A DNA stretch of 64,000 nucleotides from Spirochaetia bacterium. GTDB taxonomy: Bacteria > Spirochaetota > Spirochaetia > CAKZLE01. The notes beneath the pieces are model-generated. The model did no database searches. It saw only the letters and a program-made list of their open reading frames with translations, and was not told the DNA's origin. Each line of letters starts with the position of its first letter. The stretch's first letter is position 1. Shown here one piece after another: positions 28,257 through 35,634 of the stretch. Both the position numbers and the translations under genes were made by a program. The stretch is from contig OY782041.1 of the NCBI GenBank assembly GCA_963677595.1, forward strand, positions 3,968,001 to 4,032,000. Direction: 5' to 3'.

Positions 28257-29930
28257 ATGGGAAACAAGGCTGGGATACATCTATTTGACACGATTCTCTT
28301 TTTGGCAGTGGTGATCGGTGCCATCGTGTTCTCGATCTTCTCCTCCTCGCTCGCGACTGAGGGCTATGGGCTCAATATTCAGCCTGTCACGGTACTTGAC
28401 GATGGATGGACGGTCTCCTATGGGGACGTGAGGCATACTGACCTCAGCCTGCCGCTCACCCTCGACCTGCCGGCAGGGACACCCGTGACCATCGAGCGTG
28501 AGATAACCGATTTCTTCCTTGATAACCGCGTCATGCGGATTCGCTCGTCGATGATGGACCTTCTGGTCACAATCGGGTCAAAAGAGATCTACCGTTCACA
28601 AGTCACTCCGCAGGAGGGCTGGTTCCATGACCCCTACCCGAGCACCTGGCATTTCGTCCATATCCAGGGCAATGATATCATAGGGAAGACCCTCAGGGTC
28701 ACCTTCACCTCCCCTACGAACGAGTTCTCCGGCTATATGCCGTCCATCGCCTTCGGTACCGGGATCCCGTTGCTGCTGAGCCTGATCAGCAGCAACCTCG
28801 TCACCATCATCGCGTCTATCGTGCTCTTCGTCTTCGGGCTGCTCTTCATCGCCCTGATGCCCTGGCTCTACCGGCTCGGTGCAGACAGGCGCTTCCTCTA
28901 CATCGGGATCTTTCTCGTATCGATCGGCATCTGGATCCTCTCGGAATCGAACATCCTCCAGTATATCGTGCCGAACCGTTTCATACTCGGGAGCACCACC
29001 TACATCATGAACCTCATCATGCCGATCATCATAGCACTCTATACCCGTGATATCATCCTTATAGGCTTCAGGAAGACGGTGAACAGCTTCATCTACGGCA
29101 TGTTCGCCCTCATCTTCCTTGAACTTGCCCTCCAGGTCCTCGGGATCTTCACCTATATATCCATGACGAGAGTTTCCCTCATCACCATCGGCCTCTTCGC
29201 GTTCACCTTCATGGGGATCCTCCGGTATGAGTCGAAGAAGCTCAATAACGGAGATGCTGCGGACTTCCTGCGATTCTTCCTCCATTTCTTCGGCCTCCTG
29301 CTCATCCTCATCGTCATGTTCGCTGTCGGGTTATACCATGACTTCGGCTATGTCCTGGCTATCGGGTCCCTCTTCCTCTTCATCATCCTCTTCAGGCGCT
29401 CCTATGCCTATATCGCGGGACTCCTGGCCGCGAAGAACGAGGCGGTCATCTTCCGTGAACTCGCTTCCACGGACCACCTGACGAAGGGACCGAATCGGTC
29501 CGCCTTCGATGAGGATGTCGACAGGCTGCTCGAGAGAGGGCTCCCCTTCCGCCTGGCCCTCCTCGACATGAACGACCTGAAGGGGATCAATGACACCCTC
29601 GGCCATACCGAGGGCGACCATGCGATCATCGACGCCTATACGAGCATTGCCGATGTCTGTGGTGTGAAGGGGAAGGCCTACCGGATCAGCGGGGATGAGT
29701 TCTCGGTCATCCTTGAGGACACGGATGAGACCCTCTGGGGTTCGATGAGCCTGCAGCTCGCGAACAGGCTCAGGACCCGTTCGGTCGACACGCCCTATGA
29801 CCTCTCGATCGCTGTCGGATCTGCGGTCTTCGAAGCCCGCGGGTACCATGAGTTCAAGGAGTTCTACCGTGAGGTGGACCAGATGATGTATGAGCACAAG
29901 CAGGGGATGAAGGACAGCAGCCAGGGTTGA
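28257..29930 (+). CDS. Membrane-bound GGDEF-domain protein (diguanylate cyclase-like) with extracytoplasmic and multi-TM sensor
   Basis: DHLTKGPNR, DMNDLKGINDTLGHTEGD and YRISGDEF motifs. Confidence 0.88.
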   Translation: MGNKAGIHLFDTILFLAVVIGAIVFSIFSSSLATEGYGLNIQPVTVLDDGWTVSYGDVRHTDLSLPLTLDLPAGTPVTIEREITDFFLDNRVMRIRSSMMDLLVTIGSKEIYRSQVTPQEGWFHDPYPSTWHFVHIQGNDIIGKTLRVTFTSPTNEFSGYMPSIAFGTGIPLLLSLISSNLVTIIASIVLFVFGLLFIALMPWLYRLGADRRFLYIGIFLVSIGIWILSESNILQYIVPNRFILGSTTYIMNLIMPIIIALYTRDIILIGFRKTVNSFIYGMFALIFLELALQVLGIFTYISMTRVSLITIGLFAFTFMGILRYESKKLNNGDAADFLRFFLHFFGLLLILIVMFAVGLYHDFGYVLAIGSLFLFIILFRRSYAYIAGLLAAKNEAVIFRELASTDHLTKGPNRSAFDEDVDRLLERGLPFRLALLDMNDLKGINDTLGHTEGDHAIIDAYTSIADVCGVKGKAYRISGDEFSVILEDTDETLWGSMSLQLANRLRTRSVDTPYDLSIAVGSAVFEARGYHEFKEFYREVDQMMYEHKQGMKDSSQG

Positions 29931-30014
29931 GTGCCTGCAGCCTGGCTATGACAAACCCCGACTTGTATGGTATCCTGCCCTCAGGCTGGCAGGAAAGCCT
30001 CAGGGAGTATACTG

Positions 30015-30593
30015 ATGGATTACGAGCATATATACGATTTTCTCATTGAACTCGACCGGCTGAAGGGTGTCTACCGGAAGTCATATCTCTCAGACGGCTC
30101 ACGGCATGAGAACTCAGCTGAACACAGCTGGCATCTCGTTGTGGTCATCATGATGATGAAGGATGAGTTCCCCGATGATCTGGACTTCCTTAAGACCTTC
30201 AAGATGGCCCTCGTCCATGATGTCTGCGAGATCGGTGCCGGCGATATCTCGGTCTACGATGCAGGGAGGGCCCTGATCCAGTCTGAGGAGCGGGCATATC
30301 TCGAGGAACTCACAAGGAGGTTCCCCGGCCGGTTCACCGATGAGCTATACTCCCTCTGGGAGGAGTATGAGGCTCAAGACTCACCTGAGAGCCAGTGGGT
30401 GAAGGTCTTCGACCGTCTCCTGCCTTTTTGCATGAACCTGGCTACCGAAGGCCGTTCCTGGAAGGAACAGCAGGTACGTAAACACCAGGTCCTCGCGATC
30501 CACGAGCCGATACGCAGGCAGGATCCGAAGATGTACGAATGGGTCAAGCGCAAGACCGAAGCTGCGGTTGCCCGCGGCTGGCTGGTCGAGTAG
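30015..30593 (+). CDS. HD-domain hydrolase (HD_3/YfbR-like)
   Basis: ENSAEHSW, LVHD and DRL motifs. Promoter ATGACA-17-TATCCT at 29948-29976 supports the later start. Confidence 0.85.
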   Translation: MDYEHIYDFLIELDRLKGVYRKSYLSDGSRHENSAEHSWHLVVVIMMMKDEFPDDLDFLKTFKMALVHDVCEIGAGDISVYDAGRALIQSEERAYLEELTRRFPGRFTDELYSLWEEYEAQDSPESQWVKVFDRLLPFCMNLATEGRSWKEQQVRKHQVLAIHEPIRRQDPKMYEWVKRKTEAAVARGWLVE

Positions 30594-30645
30594 GCTGAAT
30601 CAGCAGCAAAACAGATATTTCCCACTGTGGCAGTACCCTGGACTT

Positions 30646-30674
30646 TTGACAAACACCCTGTTCCATGGTACATT
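30646..30674 (+). promoter_or_regulatory. Sigma70 promoter upstream of the riboswitch
   Basis: TTGACA-17 bp-TACATT with an extended -10 TG. Confidence 0.7.
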
Positions 30675-30691
30675 TCCCATACACAACCTAT

Positions 30692-30786
30692 TACTCCGAG
30701 TCGTTTCTCCTACAGCATATGCCATGGATTTGCGACCGATAGGGTACAGCAGGAAACGACTGTACCTCCCGTATTGGAAAGGAGAC
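30692..30786 (+). ncRNA. Moco RNA motif riboswitch, P3-less (Tuco/tungsten-cofactor-associated) variant
   Basis: P1 ctcc/ggag sequesters the SD; P2 gtcgt/gcgac; P4 gggtacag/ctgtacct with GGAAAC in the loop; hallmark 3' CCTCCCGTATTGGAAAGGAG. No P3 between P2 and P4. Confidence 0.85.
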
Positions 30787-30789
30787 CGT

Positions 30790-31224
30790 ATGAAGAATCA
30801 CCGAAAGACCATGGTAGTGCTGATCTGTATCGCCCTGCTGTGCAGTATGCCCCTCTTCGCAGGAGGCAAGCCCCTGCAGATCTCTGCATCAGACCCTGCA
30901 GACTGCGGATCAGGCGTTGCCCTGAATGGCGTCATATCCCTGACATTCTCGAACAATGTCGTGAACTTCTCCGTGAGTGAGTCGAACAAGGCCTGCATCA
31001 CGCTGCAGACCACCTATGGGGAACCGGTACCGATAGAGATCCTCATGGCTGATGACCAGGTCGAGCCCGAGAAGAAGCGTGATGTCACCGTCAAGCCCCT
31101 GGAGAACCTGAAGGCATTCACCTCCTATGAGCTGGTCATCTCTGGTGCGTTCCAGGCAAAGAACGGCTCAGCTCTCGAGACTGACCAGGTCATCTACTTC
31201 ACGACCGGGTCCAAGACCCAGTAA
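30790..31224 (+). CDS. Exported Ig-like (Big_5/SbsA-type) domain protein
   Basis: Signal peptide, SDPAD..V.LN..ISLTFSNNV, VKP..NL...TSYELVIS and terminal YFTT motifs. ATG directly follows the riboswitch. Confidence 0.8.
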   Translation: MKNHRKTMVVLICIALLCSMPLFAGGKPLQISASDPADCGSGVALNGVISLTFSNNVVNFSVSESNKACITLQTTYGEPVPIEILMADDQVEPEKKRDVTVKPLENLKAFTSYELVISGAFQAKNGSALETDQVIYFTTGSKTQ

Positions 31225-31226
31225 CC

Positions 31227-32252
31227 ATGAAAGCCAGTCCCCGCGTCAGGGCAGTCGCGCTGCCGGTCATCTTCATCAGTCCCCTGCTCTGTGTGCTTGC
31301 GGCACTCTTCTGGGGGCGGTATCCTCTTTCCCCAGCTGAGGTCCTGGCTGTCCTCATGCGGCACCTGCCTTTCGTAGACTCGTCGGGCCTCAAGGAGACG
31401 ACCATCGCCGTGGTCGAGATCATACGATTTCCCCGGGCGATCTTCGCGGTCCTTGTCGGCGGGTCCCTCGCGGTCTCAGGGGCTGCGTTCCAGGGCCTCT
31501 TCCGGAACCCACTCGTCTCTTCAGGCATGCTCGGGGTAAGTTCCGGGGCAGGCTTCGGGGCAGCACTGGCCATCCTGCTGTTCAACCAGGGGTACCTGGT
31601 CTATGTCTTCGCCTTCGTCTTCGGGTTCGGGGCTGTAGGCCTTGCCTACATGATCGGCCGCATCTACCATACCACGACCTCGGTCACCCTCGTGCTCGGC
31701 GGGGTGGTCATAGGGTCCATCTTTTCCGCCCTCACCTCCTTCGCGAAGTTCGTCGCTGACCCCTATAACCAGCTGCCGACCATCGTGTTCTGGCTCATGG
31801 GATCCCTGGCATCCGCACAGCGCATGCAGATCCTCATCGCCGCGATTCCCATGCTGGTCGGCACCATCGGGCTGATGCTCTTCCGCTGGAGACTGAACAT
31901 CCTCTCCATGGGGGAGCGTGAGAGCCAGGCCATGGGCATCAACCTCCATGCGAACCAGCTGTTGATCGTCTTCTTCGCCACCTTGGCTACCGCAGGGGCG
32001 GTCAGCCTTGCAGGGGTGATCGGATGGGTCGGACTGATCATCCCCCATATGGGGCGCATGATCGTCGGAAGCGACAACCGCATCCTCATTCCCGTGAGCT
32101 TCTGCCTCGGGGCCTCCTTCCTCATCCTCGTCGACAGCCTCGCACGGACCCTGGTAGGCAGCGAGATCCCGCTCGGCGTCCTTACCGCCCTCGTCGGCGG
32201 CCCCTTCTTCATCTACCTGCTCAAGGAGACCAAGGCAAGGGGGTGGCAATGA
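31227..32252 (+). CDS. FecCD/BtuC-type ABC transporter permease
   Basis: IRFPR, QGLFRNPLVS, GVSSGA, FWLMGSL, GWVGLIIPH and EIPLG motifs. Confidence 0.92.
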   Translation: MKASPRVRAVALPVIFISPLLCVLAALFWGRYPLSPAEVLAVLMRHLPFVDSSGLKETTIAVVEIIRFPRAIFAVLVGGSLAVSGAAFQGLFRNPLVSSGMLGVSSGAGFGAALAILLFNQGYLVYVFAFVFGFGAVGLAYMIGRIYHTTTSVTLVLGGVVIGSIFSALTSFAKFVADPYNQLPTIVFWLMGSLASAQRMQILIAAIPMLVGTIGLMLFRWRLNILSMGERESQAMGINLHANQLLIVFFATLATAGAVSLAGVIGWVGLIIPHMGRMIVGSDNRILIPVSFCLGASFLILVDSLARTLVGSEIPLGVLTALVGGPFFIYLLKETKARGWQ

Positions 32253-33067
32253 GCCCGCTGCTCGCGATGGAGAACGGTTCCTTCTCCTATACTCCTCAGA
32301 AGAGGATCTACTCACAGCTCAGCTTCTCGGTGGAACCGGGAGAGGTGCTCTGTATCCTCGGCCCGAACGGCTGCGGGAAGACCACCCTGCTTGACAACCT
32401 CCTCGGGTATTACCCGCTGGATGAGGGGAGCATCCTGATCGACGGCGTAGATTCCTCCGCGATGAGTGCCCCGCAGCGAGCCCGGAAGATCGCCTATGTC
32501 CCCCAGATACACCAGAAGACCTTTCCCTATACCGTCGAGCAGGTGATCCTCATGGGCAGGACACCGCACCTGCCGTTCCATACCGGGCCGGTTCGGTCAG
32601 ACATAGAGAAAGTGAATGAGGTCATCGACCTGCTGAACCTCGAGAGGCTCCGTCACCAGGAGTATACCCGTCTCTCCGGGGGAGAGACCCAGCTGGTGCT
32701 GATCGCCAGGGCCCTCGTACAGGAGAGCCAGGTGCTGGTCATGGACGAGCCGACCAACCACCTCGATTATACCAACGAGCTGATCATCCTTGAGACTATG
32801 AAAGGGTTGATACGGGATCGCGGCCTGTCCATCATCATGGCGACCCATGTCCCGAACCATGCTTTCTTTTTCGAGAACCATGCCATTCCCGTCGTGGTCG
32901 CCCTGATGCAGCAGGACAGGGGATTCCGCTGTTACGGCTCTCCCGAAGCGGTACTGACGCCTGAGAACCTCGGGGAGGTCTATCATGTGGATACCTGCAT
33001 ACTCGAGTATGCGGGTATTAGTACAGAACAGCAGCTGCGGCACATCGTTCCGCTGCGATTGAGGTAA
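32249..33067 (+). CDS. ABC transporter ATP-binding subunit (FecE/BtuD-type)
   Basis: GPNGCGKT, LSGGE and MDEPTNHLD motifs. ATGA overlap with the permease. Confidence 0.92.
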   Translation: MSPLLAMENGSFSYTPQKRIYSQLSFSVEPGEVLCILGPNGCGKTTLLDNLLGYYPLDEGSILIDGVDSSAMSAPQRARKIAYVPQIHQKTFPYTVEQVILMGRTPHLPFHTGPVRSDIEKVNEVIDLLNLERLRHQEYTRLSGGETQLVLIARALVQESQVLVMDEPTNHLDYTNELIILETMKGLIRDRGLSIIMATHVPNHAFFFENHAIPVVVALMQQDRGFRCYGSPEAVLTPENLGEVYHVDTCILEYAGISTEQQLRHIVPLRLR

Positions 33068-33073
33068 CTATCC

Positions 33074-34162
33074 ATGCACAGAACACGAATATTGATCATA
33101 CTAACCGCATTCATTTTCTCCCTTTCCCTGGTATCTGCCCAGGGCCAGGTTGAAGGAAGCCTACTGCCGGTACAGGCCGAACGGACGGTCATCGACTGCT
33201 TCGACCGTACCGTCTCCCTGCCTGAGACCATCGACCGGGTAGCCTGTCTCTATGCCTTCAGCACGCATGTCATGACGATGCTCGGGGAGGATGACAAGAT
33301 CGTTGCCGTGGTGGAGGGCTCCAAACGAGATATGCTGCTTAACGAGGTCTCTCCTTATATCGGGGAGGCAGCGACCCCCTCGGACAGCGGCATAATCAAC
33401 ATCGAGGAGCTCCTTGCCACTGACCCTGACCTCGTATTCCTGAAAGGAGAGACTGCCCTGCTGGCCGAGGAGACCGCCAAGCTCGAGCTCTTCGGCATCC
33501 CCTACGTTGTGATCGACTTCACCACCATAGCCGAGCAGATGCGGGCGATCGAGGTCATTGGGGATGTGATGGGCGAAAGCGATAGAGCTGCAGCGTACCT
33601 CAGGTATTACCAGCGAATCATCGATGAGACGCTTGCACGGACGAGCAGCCTGTCAGAGGATGAGAAACACCGGGTCTACCATTCGGTGAACGAGGCGACC
33701 CGTACCGACGCGGCAGGCACCCTCACCGCGGAGTGGACGCAGATCGCGGGAGCGATCAACGTCTCGGTGGGTTCTGACCTTCGGGTCTATGAGAACAAGT
33801 TCTATGCCTCCATCGAGCAGATCCTGCTCTGGGACCCGGAGATCATCATCTGCAACGAGTACGGCGTGGATGGGTATATCATGAATAACGAGAAGTGGCA
33901 GACGATCCAGGCAGTGAAGGACCAACTGGTCTTCAAGATCCCTACCGGCATCTCACGGTGGGGCCATCCCGGCGGGATGGAGACACCCCTGGCGATCCTT
34001 TGGACGGTGGGGACGCTCTATCCGGAACTCAGTGAGGATATAGACATGTTCGGGATCACCAATGACTATTACAACGATTTCTTCGACTACCAGATCAGCG
34101 ATGAGCTAGTTGAACGCATGCTCTCAGGCGGGAGGATGCGGATGGCCAAGGAGGATATGTGA
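33074..34162 (+). CDS. Helical-backbone (Peripla_BP_2) substrate-binding protein
   Basis: Signal peptide, INIEELLATDPDLV, SIEQILLWDPEII and AVK motifs. Confidence 0.88.
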   Translation: MHRTRILIILTAFIFSLSLVSAQGQVEGSLLPVQAERTVIDCFDRTVSLPETIDRVACLYAFSTHVMTMLGEDDKIVAVVEGSKRDMLLNEVSPYIGEAATPSDSGIINIEELLATDPDLVFLKGETALLAEETAKLELFGIPYVVIDFTTIAEQMRAIEVIGDVMGESDRAAAYLRYYQRIIDETLARTSSLSEDEKHRVYHSVNEATRTDAAGTLTAEWTQIAGAINVSVGSDLRVYENKFYASIEQILLWDPEIIICNEYGVDGYIMNNEKWQTIQAVKDQLVFKIPTGISRWGHPGGMETPLAILWTVGTLYPELSEDIDMFGITNDYYNDFFDYQISDELVERMLSGGRMRMAKEDM

Positions 34163-34163
34163 G

Positions 34164-34901
34164 ATGAGAAGATTCTTACTCTGCATCGATGATACCGACA
34201 ACCTGGGCACTCCCGGCAGCGGCCATATCCTCAATGATATCTGCCTGCACCTCCAGGAGAGGGGATTGGCCCGTGGATCGAGGATCAGCCGGCACCAGCT
34301 CTTCGTGCATCCCGATGTGCCCTATACCAGCCACAACTCCTCTATGTGCACGATCCTCACCGGCATCCATGACGAACAGGCGGTGATCTCCGAGGTCGAG
34401 ACGGAACTTCGCGAACGGGCTGCGGAGGGTTCGGATCCCGGGATCTGCTTCACTGCCTGGGATCAGATCCGCAGTCCTGAGCTGCTCATCGATTACGGGC
34501 GCAGGGCAAAGCGAGAGGTCCTCTCCAAGGGAATAGCCTATGAGACGGCGAAGGAATGCGGCCTCTACCTGAACGAACTCGGCGGCACGGGGGACGGCGT
34601 CATCGGGGCTGTCGCCGGCATCGGCCTGCGCCTCAGCGGGACTGACGGAAGGTTCAGGGGGAAGCTCCCCTTCTCCGCTGCCGGACAGCCCTGCAGAGCT
34701 GGCGACTTCGTATGCCTCGATGAGGTCGATGAACTGCGGTGCGCGGTTACAGGAAAACTCCTGGACGAGAGCGACCTGGTCACCTGGCTTCCCGAGATCA
34801 AGACCGTCTTATATGGCCATAAGTCAGTGCTCCCGGTCCTGCCGGATGGAGATCACTGGCGGGTCATGGACAGGGTGGAACTGAAGGCACGGTACAACTA
34901 G
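34164..34901 (+). CDS. TiaS/DUF1743-like catalytic-domain protein lacking tRNA-binding domains
   Basis: CIDDTD, RHQLFVHPDVPYTSHNSSMC, EGSDPG and GGTGDGVIGAVAGIG motifs resemble the TiaS N-terminal ATP-binding domain. Confidence 0.7.
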   Translation: MRRFLLCIDDTDNLGTPGSGHILNDICLHLQERGLARGSRISRHQLFVHPDVPYTSHNSSMCTILTGIHDEQAVISEVETELRERAAEGSDPGICFTAWDQIRSPELLIDYGRRAKREVLSKGIAYETAKECGLYLNELGGTGDGVIGAVAGIGLRLSGTDGRFRGKLPFSAAGQPCRAGDFVCLDEVDELRCAVTGKLLDESDLVTWLPEIKTVLYGHKSVLPVLPDGDHWRVMDRVELKARYN

Positions 34902-35305
34902 AGAAGCTCCCGCAGACCAAGCAGCGTCTCATCCTTCATAGCCTCCAGGAACTCACGCAACCCCTTGAATGCAGACTCCCGGTCCTTGCCCTCCACGGCG
35001 AGGAAGAGAATCGAGTCGTTCCTGTCGATCGTACCGATCGCGTGGACCGCATAGAGGCTGTTCAGGTCATACCGTTCAGCTATCTCCACGGCTTTCGAGG
35101 TGAGAATCGCTTCCGCATCGGGCTGCACCTTGTACAGCTCGATCCTGCTGTAGTCTGCGACCTGCTTCCCGGGGTACTTCGCCTTCCCGTGGTGGACGAG
35201 GATGGTCCCGGTCGAATCAGCCGGTGATTCGTGGAATGCCCTATACAGCTCGACATGGTCGAACCCCTCTGCAAGCTGAAATGATACCTTCTGCCTTGTT
35301 TCCAT
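34898..35305 (-). CDS. Divergent MoaE-like (molybdopterin synthase large subunit-like) protein
   Basis: Aligns by eye to MoaE (G.ILVHHG.AK, VH.IG.I...DSILFLAV...DRESAF...FLE.MK). Confidence 0.65.
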   Translation of the reverse strand: METRQKVSFQLAEGFDHVELYRAFHESPADSTGTILVHHGKAKYPGKQVADYSRIELYKVQPDAEAILTSKAVEIAERYDLNSLYAVHAIGTIDRNDSILFLAVEGKDRESAFKGLREFLEAMKDETLLGLRELL

Positions 35306-35466
35306 GGTCTTCTATTCCCTCCTTTACTGGTTACCAACTATACCCCGTATACGTGCGTTTCTCAACAGGGATCATGGCTCTTGCCGTTTGCCGTGAGATC
35401 GGTCCATGAATTTTGCATTTGACAATCCAATTCCGGTAACTTATCCTGATGCTAAGGGGGTACGCC

Positions 35467-35634
35467 GTGCGTGTTGATGATATCCTCGTCATTGTGATCC
35501 TCATCCTTGCCTATGCCGTAACCTGGGTCCTCTTCTTCGAATCGCTCCATGTCATAAAGACGATACACAAGGAAAAGCTGCTTGACCTCGACAGCATCAA
35601 GAGACGGATCCTGCGATGGAGCAGGCCCTCATGA
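35467..35634 (+). CDS. Small single-TM membrane protein
   Basis: GTG start after a G-rich SD and promoter TTGACA-17-TATCCT (35419-35447). Hydrophobic helix with a basic tail; overlaps the permease start. Confidence 0.55.
   Translation: MRVDDILVIVILILAYAVTWVLFFESLHVIKTIHKEKLLDLDSIKRRILRWSRPS

Noticed and set aside
31227-34162. Plain iron-siderophore transporter
   Set aside because: No Fur box was seen and the leader matches a Moco-family riboswitch.
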